Shown piece after piece: positions 1-49,210 of a stretch of DNA of 64,000 nucleotides; positions within the stretch are counted from its first letter, which is position 1; every line of letters begins with the position of its first letter. The DNA lies in NCBI RefSeq assembly GCF_964204645.1, contig NC_134034.1:11420962-11484961 (forward strand), in the 5' to 3' direction. This stretch comes from Tubulanus polymorphus. Lineage: Eukaryota > Animalia > Nemertea. A program made the translations under genes and the position numbers. The notes under the pieces are model-generated. The model was not told the origin of the DNA. It ran no database searches and saw only the letters and a list, made by a program, of their open reading frames with translations.

Positions 1-246
1 GATTTCCGAAAATCAAACCCGCGGTTTCATTCCGGGCAGTGTGATTTGACACAACAAATTGAAAATAAAAACTCGTTCTTCGCCAGGACAACGCTCGACT
101 GGAATTAACTGCCGGATAACATCGTCTGCTCCGGTACAACTGAGGCCCAACTCACCGGTATCATAATAAGTCTAACATAAAATTACAGATTACAGAGGCC
201 AAAAGACCTGCTTATATTATATTCATCTTTTTTGTTTAAATTTCAG

Positions 247-35979
<35,733 letters not shown>

Positions 35980-36044
35980 TAAGTTGAATAGAATAGATAG
36001 AATGAAATGACTGATGAATCGGTGAAATGTTGTATTTTACTGGA

Positions 36045-36100
36045 ATTAAAATATCGCAAAATGAAGAAATCAGTTTTTCTTTTATTTTGTTGTTGTTTTG
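36045..36100 (+). terminator. Probable polyadenylation signal of the mucin gene
   Basis: ATTAAA at 36045-36050, 66 nt after the stop, followed by a T/GT-rich tract (tttattttgttgttgttttg). Confidence 0.5.
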
Positions 36101-37139
36101 GTATAGGTTAGCTGTAGAATATGAAATGGAAGAGCGCTCGACAAACCGACTCCCGGGGGGGGGGGGATCCTAGCCACCCTACAAAGACCAACGTTTGTCT
36201 ACAGTTGCGCGCGTACGCCTCATTTGGATGCAGCACCACGTGCATACGGTGGCTGATTCGGGCCACGATAGAAAAAAAGAAAAAAGTCAAAGTCAAAAGT
36301 AATTGACCGAGTACGAGTGGAAATAGAGTCAACCCCCGATGCAGAACGATTTTGGCGGTATAGAGAGTATGGCGGTATATCGGGTGTGTTTTACTACGTA
36401 TGTATTTGTATAGAGATGTACATTGAGAAACCTGGCGGTAGGTGGGGGTGGGGATATATGGGAGGCGGTATATCGGGGGTTGACTGTATTACGTATTACA
36501 GCCGATTATTTATAGGCTGAATCCTACTTCCGGCCTAGGCAGCACCGGTGCTTTGACTCGCTTCCCTGTGCAGGCGCTCGCCGAGTCGTCAACTGCTCCG
36601 AGACCCGTCCAAGTTCTCGAATGTCCCCTAGCCCCGAGATAACCAAATCCAGCTCCGGTAACTGTCTTTCCCCGCGGATACTAAATTCAAATCACATTCT
36701 GAGTGTGACATAGAGAGTGCTTAGACGACAACAGCACGCGGAGCTTCAACATGAATCTGCTGCGTCAATTCTATGGATACGGGTGTCTAAAGAAGATGTT
36801 AGCTGGCGGCCTTTTCCTTGTTATTTACCTGTCTATTATCGCTTAGAACTCCGCGAAAGAAACGCCGGCAACGATTAGGAACACACCTCTAATAACAAGG
36901 AAGTCAAAGAAGCATCGGCCTTCTTCTCGATGATGATTTCGTAAGCTGAGAAATGTTTCTATACATTGAGCGGTGCTGCTTCGGTTTGACAGATTGTGGG
37001 AGTGTATCTCGCATTGGAGGTTACCGCTCTGTATGCCTGTCTGTGATCCTGGAATACCAGCTCTATTTCATCCACCGCACTTGCCTCTGGCTGTCGGGAA
37101 AACAATTTACGGTGAAAGTGAGAGGCAGGGGAGGGGAGA

Positions 37140-37308
37140 CGGAGAGGGAGAGGGAGAGGCAGAGGCAGAGGCAGAGGCAGAGGCAGAGGCAGAGGCAGAG
37201 GCAGAGGCAGAGGCAGAGGCAGAGGCAGAGGCAGAGGTAGAGGCAGAGGCAGTGGCAGAGGCAGAGGCAGAGGCAGAGGTAGAGGCAGAGGCAGAGGCAG
37301 AGGCAGAG

Positions 37309-37340
<32 letters not shown>

Positions 37341-37404
37341 AGGGGCAGGGGCAGGGGCAGGGGCAGGGGCAGGGGCAGGGGCAGGGGCAGGGGCAGGGGC
37401 AGAG

Positions 37405-37436
<32 letters not shown>

Positions 37437-37465
37437 AGGGGCAGAGGCAGAAGCAGAGGCAGAAG
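37140..37465 (+). repeat. (GCAGAG)n/(GCAGGG)n hexamer microsatellite
   Basis: About 50 units; central GGGGCA block at about 37336-37400. Confidence 0.97.
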
Positions 37466-40400
37466 TAATTATTTCGCAGTTTGAAAAAGAATGTCGCTTC
37501 TAATTAGAATAATCAAAAGCTGTCTATAAAAACACAAATTAAATTTCAGAAAGTTGCTCTCGATTGACGTGTAAGTAGACACGGTTTAGTTTCACAGACA
37601 GGATTGCCGATTCAAGGTCATCTGAATCGATTATGGAATCGAGACGAACTGAGCGTTTGTGACTTTCTCAAATTGTACCAAAAATGGAACTATAAAGTCC
37701 CTATGTCCTCGAAAATAGATAAATGAACGGTTGAACATGATTAAAAACATCTAGAAAATGGTGTAAAATCAACTTATTTAGCAGTCCTGTGTGCGGGATT
37801 TTGTTGTGCTTTAAAACAAATAATGCCCCCGAGTTCTCCTACTTTTACAGATAACACGCGATTAAAGATTTTTGAAGGATTATAGATATTTCCATGAGTC
37901 AAGAGATGAACTCTCGACAGCGGCAGATTCCTCTCAACGCACATTTTCTCATGACGTTTGGGACGGTGCCGCAAAGCGGTCTATTTTTGGCACCTTTTAA
38001 AACCGTTGCAATAATGTTTATATGATACCTTGTAAGCGTTATATGAAGGGTTCTGTGTGAGTCGATGTGCACTACGTCATCAATATTGACGTTTCAAAAC
38101 AACAATTACATTGTGAGTTTTGGCATTTATTTTGTACGTAAATATATTATTCATAACTCTTATTTCGTCTTTTGATAAAATCTTGATGACTTATTTTTTT
38201 AGACGATGTGTGCTACGTAATCAATATATCGGGGTTAGACTGGTTGCCGGTCAATTCAATTCAATTATGAATATATTCAAATCAAAAAATTAATTCTTTC
38301 CTGATGATGTGGATTATGATTATCATAATCTTTTTATAGTATTTATGAATATGTGTGTTGTTTTTCAAGGCGTCGATAAACTTTTGATTTAGTTTTCTTT
38401 TCTTGTTTGCGGAGTTGATTAAATGCTGTTCCTTGTCTTCATAGTGAATTTACTCGCTTCAAATCAAATTGGAAATTGGAAGCGTGTTCTCGGTAGCAAA
38501 TGAAAGAGGACATCCAGTAAAATCAGCTCCAGTGAATTTCTAGTATCCTGGCCGGTATTTCGCGGGCATATGGGGTATTTTTTCCAAACCAACTTCGAAA
38601 AAGGGAGAATATGTCAGTCTGCCAGCTATTGTTGTCGGTTTTCTCACGTCGAAAATGTGTTATCATTCACGGAGCACGCGCGTATACAGCTTTCGTATAG
38701 ATCCAACAAAACTGATTTCTAGAAATCGTCGTTTGCACCTATTGACTTCCGGGAACTGAAGAAAAAATGGCGCTCGAATATTTCTTTGAGAAATAAATCT
38801 TCGGTTATGATGGTACTGCACACAATAACTACTTGTCCTTATCAATGGGGCGCTTATTATTGATAAGAGCAGTTTATCCGAGTACGAGTTTTATTCCGGC
38901 GCTTATCCGAAGTACTTAGCGGCAGATTAGCCGGGATTATCTCCTGTACAAATCAGGGATTATTGCCCACTTAATGGATTATACGGCAAATATAATTTGT
39001 CCACGCGTCGAGTCAATCTTAGGTTAATCGTATGAATTCAACTATTTCAGCTCATGGGCGGATCCAGGATCTGATTCACAGGGGGCTCTACCCCAAAAAT
39101 AAAGCATATAATATAATGAAAACGATAGCCCTTTAAAGCTTATGAATTCAAACATTTTTAACGTTTAATTTCAGGGCAATTTTTTAGGGAGGAACGCATC
39201 CTCTGAAGCCCAACCATTGGATCCACGAGAAAAAGTCTTAAGATGAGTAAGTCCCAGTCTAAGACAAAACTAGCCAATCTCACAACTTACGTAGACCTGT
39301 CTTAAGATTTAAGACCATTTTGGGACTTATGTCTTGAATATGGAACCGGTCTTAAGTGTTGATATTGTCCATAGGATCTGGGCTGAGACTGATCGTATTT
39401 CATCAACTGCTCAACTCAGGTCTGAAAACAATCGAACCTGAAGGGGCTGATCAGTGGAACTGCTGTACCCGATACGTACATACACTGATTCGTTAGAAAT
39501 GTTTGTCTGTAAAGCTGTGTACGTGGAATACGTGGCCTCTATACTCGCGCATCAGTGGACGCTTAGGCCATTCCGTCACTCTCAGCAGTTCACCTTGCAT
39601 CGGAAGCGTGACCCGTCGCGCGGCTTGGATTTTACCCACAGCATTCAATTCCTCAACTCAGGTAAGAATCTCTTTTTAAGTTTTTCAACAACGGGATTTG
39701 TTCCTATACGAAACGATACAGACTGACCCTGAGGAAGAACGGGTAATTAGTGACAGACATTTTAGCATTTGTGGAATCATGAAATGTAGCTTTTTATTAT
39801 CATATTATTGAGTTTATTTCTTTTCAAAAGAAAAGACGATACAAAATTTATTTATCGCTATGACAAAGGTTTAAAAATCACGTCTACAATAGAACACACA
39901 AGATGTTCATGCGCATCATCCTGGACGGCCACTTTTTTGAAAGTCCAATCCGACACGCTCTGCCTGATAATGACGTCGTTGCGACGTCAGATTGTTTCAT
40001 TTTATCACGAGGTGTTAGCAAATACTTCCGAAAAAAATATCTTCAAATCAACCTAATCGTCGCGAGAATTGGTTAGATTTAGTCCGAGCTACCTCGTTGA
40101 AAATGTCTCGCCAACCACTTTTTTCAAAGAGGAATCGCGCATATTTTCCCCAACGAGTTCCCCTTTTTTTTACTCTGATTAACTCACTACGGAACGGGTC
40201 TGAACGTCGCGAGAGAGAAACGAGTTCTCGAAAAAAAAATATTTTCCGTATAATAACCACCCGCATGAGCAGCGACGTCATCGTCGACGAAATCGGCACT
40301 TGACCGATACGAAATAGCCCTTACTCCCTGCTGTAACCAGACGATGGCGGATCTTACGATCACTAATTGATACAGGCTCGTGTTCCACTTGCGTAACTGG

Positions 40401-41405
40401 AATTGTTAATTTCTTCCGATCCCTCGTAACAGGTTCACTAACAACCATATCGCTATGGCAGTTCACATCAGCTCTCCAGTGGTTTAGGAGTAGTGCGCGG
40501 AATGCCGGAAGCCACTGTCACGCCCGGGCGCACACACAAACCTTGGAACGCTCCGAAACACTGACGAGGAAAACAAGTTTCTAAACTTTTGGGAACACGG
40601 ATACCCTCACCCGACTCAGACTTTTGACTGGAACTCAGACAAAAGACAAATTATTAAAATGGACTCGGAAAAAATGAAGTCATCATTAAAACATTTTTCA
40701 TACCCTTAACTAGGAGTTACCCCTAACTTTCTAGTCCCGGTTTCTCCCTAATTAATAGCGTTCTTTCGACCCCAGGAGACGAGAGATCTTGCAGATAGTA
40801 AAAAAACTGCTGCCAGTGCGAAAGTTTCTCATACGCTTAGAATTTCTTCTTCAGTCTGGTGTCGGGAAACTTTAACGGAAAAATGTAGCTGTCGGCAAGT
40901 TCAGCTGCGACCGGTTAAAAATGTCGTCTGTTCAGATTTGAATATTTGATTTTTAAACTGTCATTGACGGTTTGTTTTCTAACGGATAATTCAAACCGCG
41001 CTGGTGTGCGACAGTCGTCTGCCATACGGATTAGATTACTATCCGCTGTGTTTTCAACTCGAAGAAGCATTTTTGATCCAGTTAAATATTTATCAACGAC
41101 GCGCGTCACCATCCGGAGATTGAAGTGAAAAAGGCCCCTGGGCGCCGGGAAAACTTCCCGAGAAACCATATACGACGTGGTTTCGTATCAGTTGCGATTA
41201 AAGATGTGAATATTTTAAAGAATATGAAATTTCGCGCTATCGAACGAAATACAAAACTATCGCTATGTTTATTTACAATGGACTGATTTTAGTCAGAGTT
41301 GCGTAATAACCCCTGAACCCAGCGTTCCGTCCACAGTTTACATTTTGTGGTCGTGGCACCTCTGTTTTTTGACAACTCTTGCATTATCATTTTATATGAC
41401 CCCTT

Positions 41406-41537
41406 GGGCCCAGTTTCACGAAAAAGTTAAACTCTAAATTTTGGTGTAATTATCATTGGTTACCTCGTGTTTTTCAATGAGGACAACAATTCAAATTTAA
41501 CCGTCTTAAGCTTAAACTTATTCATGAAACTGGCTCC
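41406..41537. mobile_element. Short MITE with GGGCCCAGTTTCA termini
   Basis: gggcccagtttcacgaaaaagtt / aacttattcatgaaactggctcc. Confidence 0.65.
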
Positions 41538-44195
41538 TGTTCTCTGGTAGATAATCCCTCCAAAGATTAAATAGGTCGGATACGCGTACTTCAAATTCAA
41601 ATAAGTAAAATACATTTTAGTCGCCATTAGAAATGAATGTGTTTATTTTTTCATATGTTTTAATAGACGGTTAACAATTTGCACTTTTCGGAACCTGTGA
41701 GCACGTGATATGTATAAGTTCCCAGTTGTTACAGACCTTGCCCTATACACAGTGCAGATTGGTGTAGCAGTAACGCCACCTAGCATGTGATCCCAACAAC
41801 TAAATCCATCACACCCGCCGTTTCATCTTGAAATCCTCGCGAATCGGGAGTCCACAGAGCCGTCATCATGGGCCGATAGCGTGACCTTTTGTCGTACGCG
41901 CCACAAACTGGTTTATACCAGAACAATCCAAAACTGACCTTTACTGTCAATCTATAGATTGCGCTGAGTGGTCTGTAGAGGGACTTCTCCAGCTCGCGCG
42001 TTGAGCATCTACCAGAGACTCATGTAGGTCAGTAACTTCAATAAGCAGAACTAGTAATAAAACACCGAGGAGCGTCGTAGAAACCACACAAATCTGAACA
42101 GTCAAAGAGTAAGTTGTTAGACTCTTGTTCATTTATCTACCGTCGACGCGCGCTGGGAGTGTTTTATACGACACTGACTTACAGGAAGATAAAGGCTTTA
42201 ATGCTGATTAGCGCGCAGACAACTGGCAATGCGTTCGTCCGTTATCTCGTGAATTAATTTCGAATTATTTGCTACAAAAGCGTTTAAATTTCGGCTCATC
42301 CCGCGTTACTCGATTGTGATATCGCGCAGTTATTTCGCGAGAACTCTGACATGTAATTTCCCGTGTAACGCGCACGCTTCTCATCAACTCTGAATCGAGT
42401 GTTTAAATATTTCCCGCGGATACGTGATATACGCGTTTTCCTTTCATTTCCTCGGCAACATTTCCTTCAATAATTCTCTCTGGTGTTGTTGATTAATTTG
42501 TTTGTCTTGTCGGAAAGATCATTTGAAACAGTTGGAAGCAAACACTTTTTCTGAGTCAATTTGAGTATGTACGCGTCCCATTGGTTAGTTCGCTGACATG
42601 CGTCATACATATTTGGCCAATCAGATTGTCGTTTACATTAAAAGAACTTGGTTTTTGTCGGATGAAGTTTAAAGTGGCCTAATCCTAAAGCTGATGCATC
42701 CACTATCAATGCTGAGTGACGTAAGTCAAGGTTCGAGTCATGTTGGCTGCTAATAGTACAATTGCTAAAATACAACAAAGTTATCCATTTCTCTTCAACA
42801 GCGCCACCTAGCAGCCGCGAATGAATAAAATAGGCGGAACCGGTTCTCGATGAGTACACAGGCGTTACTGTGTTTCAAAACGATCCCGATGAAAATACCA
42901 ATTGCTCGACGAAACTGCGCAACATCTCAGGAATTCCGTACGACGCGCGGATGAGAATTCTATAGCTTATCTCTACCGGCGGTGGTCAATCGTGTATCGT
43001 CTGCGACGCGGTTTGAAAAAAAGCATTTCGCCGTTATTTGCTTTTTCCTTATCTTTATTATGTCGCGGTAAGAGGAATGACGCTGAATGCGAAATATAAA
43101 ATAAGTATTTGTTTATACTCTTTGTTGGTTAACACTATTGTCCGTACGCGTCGGTTAACGCTAAATTGTCCGTACTATTCAGGTTTTAATTCCAAACAGG
43201 CGTTCGGTTTATAATAGGAAAATCCCACATACTAAGAATGACACATGAAGTCCGGAAGGATTCCTTGATCAGCTATTTCTAATTCAATTTGTCTTTTTGA
43301 AGAAATGATTCCAAAGTTCGTTGATTTTTTTTTTTGATCTTAAATAGGGATTGTCCCCATTATTTATTTATTTGGCTGGTAAATTTTGTTTGATTTTTCG
43401 ATTGAGTGTCCCTTACAGACCCACCACACCTGCCGGGAGCGAAACAGGGGGCTTGATTTTGAAATCGGAAATCGAAGTACAGATATAGATGTGCGATCGA
43501 CGGTCGAGTTAACAGAATATTTTTAAATCGAAGTACATAATAGTTCGTTGATTTTTAAAACGATGGTATAAGATGGATTTCAAGGGATCGGACATTATTC
43601 TGCCTTGGAAATGAATTGTCGTCTAAACATAGAACGATGGTCGTGTTCGGCTGCGTTGATTGCTTACGTAATTCGCCTCTAAGCCGCTATTCTAAGAACT
43701 GTCAATCCGCCAAACCCAGTCGCTCATTTCACCCTCGACCTCGGCAGTTCGACCAAGTGCGTGACGAAATGAAGAAAAGATTATCTTTTCTAAAATAATC
43801 GTAACTGCTTCGGATTTGAATTGGCGATCTTGTGATTACCACAGGCTCGTAGGTAGGATTTAGAGAGTAGGGGTTATCTTTATATAATTGGACGCTTTGT
43901 GGTTCCATCTTATGCATGGAAACTGTCCTTTAACGTCAATGGAAGTGCCCTTTTTGTGAAAAGGGTGCCCTCTTACATGCCTTTTTTATGAAAGAGGTGC
44001 CCTGTGTCTATGTGAAGGTGCCCTTTCGTGGAAAGTGTGCCCAAGGTAAAAAAAAAAGTAAAGGGGCTTAATTATCATTAAGTACATCTCAGAAAAAGGG
44101 CACTATCAGCCAAATGCGGGGTTTACCAGTAACCCCCTCTGTCTACGGGCCTAGACACCACAACGTGTACAATCGTCACCTAATGTTGTTGGGCC

Positions 44196-44572
44196 TGGAC
44201 CCAATTCCATACTTTTTTGGGTTTAAATCGACTCTGGACCCATTTCCACAGTTATGTAGGTTTGATTTCACTTGAATCACTGGAACCCAGTTCCTCAGTG
44301 GGTTTAATTTGTCTCTGGATCCAGTTCCACAGTTGTGTGGGTTTAATTTGACTGTGAACCCACTTCCAAAGTTGTGTGGGTTTAATTTGACTCTGGGGCC
44401 AGTTCCACAGTTGTGTGGGTTTAAGTTGACTCTGGATCCAGTTCCACAGTTGTGTGGGTTCAAGTTGACTCTGGATCCAGTTCCACAGTTGTGTGGGTTT
44501 AATTTGACTCTGGATCCAGTTCCACAGTTGTGTGGGTTTAATTTGACTCTGGATCCAATTCCACAGTTGTGT
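44196..44572 (+). repeat. 39-bp satellite array
   Basis: ggatccagttccacagttgtgtgggtttaatttgactct. Confidence 0.93.
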
Positions 44573-45294
44573 CAGTTTTTCAAACCACCCGTTCATATTT
44601 GAACTGCACCGTGTTTTCACGGTTTGGTCTCGGCGGCGTACGTTTTAATCATTAAAGTCTGTTTCCGTTTTATCGCGTAAATCGCACGGTTTAAAAACTG
44701 AAAGACAATCAGTATAGAGATCAAAGTAATCGCCTATCCTCCAACAGCTCACTAATATACAATCAATTGTGAGTAGTCCCCGACAGGCCACCACACTCTT
44801 ACAACAGGACTAATCCGCGCGAAAAAACCTGTTGATTAATGAAATGCAGAATCCGTGCGGGGTTTATAATTCCGTATTTCTTCAAATAATAATGAGAAAA
44901 TGTCTGAATCGTCGACCCGCGCGGGTTGTGCTTATCCGTGCGCGAATTGCACGACCTATACCACGTTTTTAAATGTCCTGCTTAAAAGCCGATGATGTTG
45001 CTCTCGAGGTCAGCGTCGTTGGGGTACAGATCTTTTGACATTTAGTGGACGCGTGGTCTTTAAAAACTAACGGTTGATATCTCGTACGTAAAAGGTATGG
45101 GTTCCAGGGTGACGAGCCTTCAATATAATATATATTAATCATATGAGCAACCATCACCTAGGCTTTTTAATCGTTGTCCATTTTTTGATTTCTCACTAAG
45201 CGTCTTGAACAAACATACGATGGGTTCTTCTTCAAGATGGAACCTATGCGTCCCTTCACTGTTGTGGTTGGAGACCGGTGGATGAAACAGACAC

Positions 45295-46020
45295 ATGGGT
45301 TCTCGGTGAACCTCTCTCCTCGTAGCTCTGGTGGGAGAACTGCCAGTGATCACTTCACTTCTCGGTGAACCCCTCTCCTCACAGTGGTGGGAGAACTGTC
45401 AGTGATCACTTCTCGGTGAACCCCTCTCCTCACAGTGGTGGGAGAACTGCCAGTGATCACTTCTCGGTGAACCCCTCTCCTCACAGGGTGGGAGAACTGC
45501 CAGTGATCACTTCTCGGTGAACCCCTCTCCTCACAGTGGTGGGAGAACTGTCAGTGATCACTTCTCGGTGAACCCCTCTCTTCACAGTGGTGGGAGAACT
45601 GTCAGTGATCACTTCTCGGTGAACCCCTCTCTTCACAGGGTGGGAGAACTGTCAGTGATCACTTCTCGGTGAACCCCTCTCCTCACAGAGTGGGAGAACT
45701 GCCAGTGATCACTTCTCGGTGAACCCCTCTCCTCACAGGGTGGGAGAACTGTCAGTGATCACTTCTCGGTGAACCCCTCTCCTCACAGGGTGGGAGAACT
45801 GTCAGTGATCACTTCTCGGTGAACCCCTCTCCTCACAGGGTGGGAGAACTGCCAGTGATCACTTCTCGGTGAACCCCTCTCCTCACAGGGTGGGAGAACT
45901 GTCAGTGATCACTTCTCGGTGAACCCCTCTCCTCACAGGGTGGGAGAACTGCCAGTGATCACTTCTCGGTGAACCCCTCTCCTCACAGAGTGGGAGAACT
46001 GCCAGTGATCACGTGGGTTC
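45295..46020 (-). repeat. 50-51-bp minisatellite (about 13 units), deletion variant of the 29-kb family
   Basis: ttctcggtgaacccctctcctcacagggtgggagaactgtcagtgatcac, period 50. Confidence 0.93.
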
Positions 46021-46418
46021 TCCTTGAAGATAATGATGTGTAATCTATTTCACCTGTATTCAAATCGATATTGTGTTTATAACCGTCGATGTTATTAGTG
46101 TCTATTTTTAGAGATACGTTTGACACGATAATTGTATTGTTGACGTGAAGGAGAGAACGCGCGCCCCACTCGGAGTGTCAACGAATGATTAATTACTTTC
46201 AGAAAACTGAAAAATCTACCGTGGGTTTAATACAATGATCGCGCGCGTTCAGAGCTGTATTCTAAATGATTGACGCACCTACGCACTTTTGCCATTGGCG
46301 GTGTCCTTCAATATACTTTAACATGACCTTGAGATGCGGTTAGAGCTGTCACGCTTAATGGAAAGCACTAACTTCGTCACATATCTAAATTCATTTTTCA
46401 TTCCATATGCCATATTTC

Positions 46419-46670
46419 ATAAGATAAAAACCCACTATCTACAGATTAAAAGAATTTAAAAACAAGAGTTTATTTATTAAATCTAAAATACATATAAGAC
46501 ACGACGTTTCGATCTCACCCTAGAGATCATCGTCAGGTGACGCTTTTCTCACACCTGACGATGATCTCTAGGGTGAGATCGAAACGTCGTGTCTTATATA
46601 TATTTTAGATTTAATAAATAAACTCTTATTTTAAATTCTTCTAATCTGTAGATAGTGGGTTTTATCTTAT
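46419..46670. mobile_element. About 250-bp fold-back element (arms about 120 bp), Penelope-like terminal-repeat derivative, with a hammerhead motif on each strand
   Basis: Near-perfect inverted repeat around a short loop at 46540-46551; AATAAA just downstream of each hammerhead. Confidence 0.8.
46551..46592 (+). ncRNA. Minimal type I hammerhead ribozyme motif (mirror copy on - strand, 46499-46539)
   Basis: Stem I ACAC/GTGT; core CTGACGA + extra T; stem II GATCTC/GAGATC; GAAA; palindromic stem III ACGT; predicted cleavage after C46588. Confidence 0.75.
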
Positions 46671-47417
46671 TATCCGTTCACCACGTTTGAGTATGGTTAT
46701 CGTTCTGCCATATTTCATGATGAAAGAAAAAGGCTTGGCTCAATCCCCGCTCAACAGTGAATCTAGATTGTAGGATGGTAAGGATAAGTTCGGAGATGTA
46801 CGACCAGAAGCCATACTTAAAGCATGTTTTGGAGTTTGATTTCGGAATTGGAATTGCATATTTTTCGAACGCTGTCGAAATCCACATTGCCCGACCGGGG
46901 CAATTAGAATCAGTGAAAATACCTGAACGAGAAATAAATTCGTTTGATTAAACATCGTAAACAAGCCGGGAACAATGTTCTATCTAAACTGCTTTTCTGC
47001 AACTTCCACAACTGAAAATCGTCCGTATGATCCGGTTGCGAGACGATAGTTCTCGTTCTTACAAAGAACATTATTCATTTCGTGAAATGCAGTACATGAA
47101 ATATATATGTATGTATAGGCCTACAATGCCAGAGGAACATCGAATTGAGAATGACGCTTTTCTCAAGGCAAAATGAAAGAAAACACCTGGCTTCACATTT
47201 CTCGATGTTAATGGACTGAGCTTCCCGAACGCTCAACTATGTCGTTAGATGTAAATGGTTTCAGTTTGAATATTTCATGCTTGTGGCCTCCGGCTGATCG
47301 GATACAAAAGTATAAATCATGAACACGGGTTGTTAGAATTTATTGAATTTGTGTCGATAAGCCCCGTAGGCTCCACACTTTATATTAATCGCCTAAGTTG
47401 CGTGGACAAGAGTGTTC

Positions 47418-47492
47418 TTCGTCACGTTACATCCGGCGTGCAGTCTTCGTTACATAACTTCCGGCGCGGTATACGTCACGTCACTTCCGGTC
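47418..47492. promoter_or_regulatory. Clustered CRE/ETS-like composite motifs, possible promoter
   Basis: tcacgttacatccgg, cgttacataacttccgg, cgtcacgtcacttccgg in tandem. Confidence 0.35.
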
Positions 47493-48679
47493 TAGCTGTA
47501 CGGCGATAGAGGCGTGTGGTAACGAATGTTAGATTCGTCGAGAAGATGTACGGAAGTCAGATTTTGTTCGCACGCGCCATATTATGGCCTTCTATGACAG
47601 TCGATTGTGATTTTGTTTTCACTTCGGTCAGCAGCTTGCGCTGGACGTCCAATATTACGCGCTATGCCGTCAGTACCATTATCTCAAAGCGCTCTGATGG
47701 ACATCTATGAAAAGATAAACTATTAACTTACTCCGTTATTGTTAGTTTCCCAGATTTACGAAAATAGGTCTAATTCTAAAAACGATCTCATATCTCTATC
47801 AACTTAATTTATCTTAAATGGATTTCGAAAATTTCGAGAGACCGTCAGTTTACAGTTTATTCGACAAACTCAAGGTCTACAATTTAGAAAATATGAGAGA
47901 AAAATATGACAATATACAGAATAACGTGACTCCGTATACCAGTCATTATTTGACACATATGAATCTAATCGTTAATTGGCGATGCTGATCGGGCGCGGAA
48001 CGGTCGGGGGCTACAGGAAATATCCAACGATTCACAGATTCGCAATTCGAAAGCAATTCCCGGAATGAATTGATGAAATCCGGAGAAAGAGAAAAACTTC
48101 ATAATATTTGACCACTATGCATAACTCGCTGTTTTAGCTGATGTCGGGTATATTATTGCTCTTACACGGCTCTGCTGGAGGTCTATTGTTCGGCATTTAG
48201 GCCTGAAGGTAAAAAAGTAAAATAACACATGTTGCACAATGTGCAGGGCGTGGTCAGTGATGAGATCGTGATGTTTGTGGCTGGAAGTAAGTATATTTCA
48301 TTAATGGATGATTGTGTTCTCGTGTTTTGAAGTAATTGGATTCACGCGTCGACATGATCGGGCGTCACGAGCAATCCATATCCGCTCTATCTTTCTACAG
48401 CTTTCTCCTAATTTCCCTCTATACGTTTTTTCTCCTATTCGCCATCATTTCTATACGCTCTAGATTTTTTTCTCTTGCTCGGGCCTGGTTACGTCGCCGC
48501 TTGCGTCAGCGACGTTCATTTAATATCCGTATCATTAGCAGGAGCGGCGCATGCCGTGGTGGAGGTGCGGATATATAAATCACGATCAGCCCCTCCGGGG
48601 TGTCTTGTTGGTAAAAAAATTACTCTTTCTTTAGGCTGAAACGCCAATCTCAGGGTTGGTGGCTCCTCTTATGTGTGGG

Positions 48680-49210
48680 TCGAGAGTAGCGAGTAGAATA
48701 GATGTTGGTTCTTCGCGAACCCCTCCCCTTCATAGCTGTTGTGGGAGAGTAGCGAGTATAGAACAGATGTTGGTTCTTCGCGAACCCCTCCCCCTCACAG
48801 CTGTTGTGGGAGAGTAGCGAGTATAGAACAGATGTTGGTTCTTCGCGAACCCCTCCCCCTCACAGCTGTTGTGGGAGAGTAGCGAGTATAGAACAGATGT
48901 TGGTTCTTCGCGAACCCCCTCCCCCTCACAGCTGTTGTGGGAGAGTAGCGAGTAAAGAACAGATGTTGGTTCTTCGCGAACCCCCTCCCCTCCATAGCTG
49001 TGGTGGGAGAGTAGCGAGAAGAACAGATACGCAGGTTCTTAGTGAAAACCTCCTCGTAGATGCGGTGAGAGATTAGTGAGTCGAACAGATGTCATGGGTT
49101 CTCAATGAACCCTCTCTCATCGCAGCTGTCGTGGATAGAGAGTATAACGTGCCCCTATATAGTTCTTAGCGAAACCAGCGCTCGCGGCTGTTGTGGGAGA
49201 GCAGCGAGTA
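48680..49210 (-). repeat. 65-bp minisatellite, same family as the 29-kb array
   Basis: gggagagtagcgagtatagaacagatgttggttcttcgcgaacccctcccctcacagctgttgt, period 65-66. Confidence 0.92.

Noticed and set aside
87-157. Possible upstream exon of the mucin gene
   Set aside because: The frame needed to join exon 247 in phase 1 contains a TAA; the gene start could not be placed.
36006-36035. CTGATGA..GAAA hammerhead-like string in the mucin 3' UTR (similar strings at about 40561 and 42885)
   Set aside because: No viable stem II/stem I or an incomplete GAAA box; likely chance.
36953-37503. EA/GA-repeat and RQ-repeat ORFs
   Set aside because: Translation of the hexamer microsatellite; no splice or domain support.
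40278-40640. LTR end/PBS-like junction (- strand ..GTGACA-GTGG..) with a short ORF
   Set aside because: No second LTR, no gag/pol motifs, and no recognisable tRNA complement.
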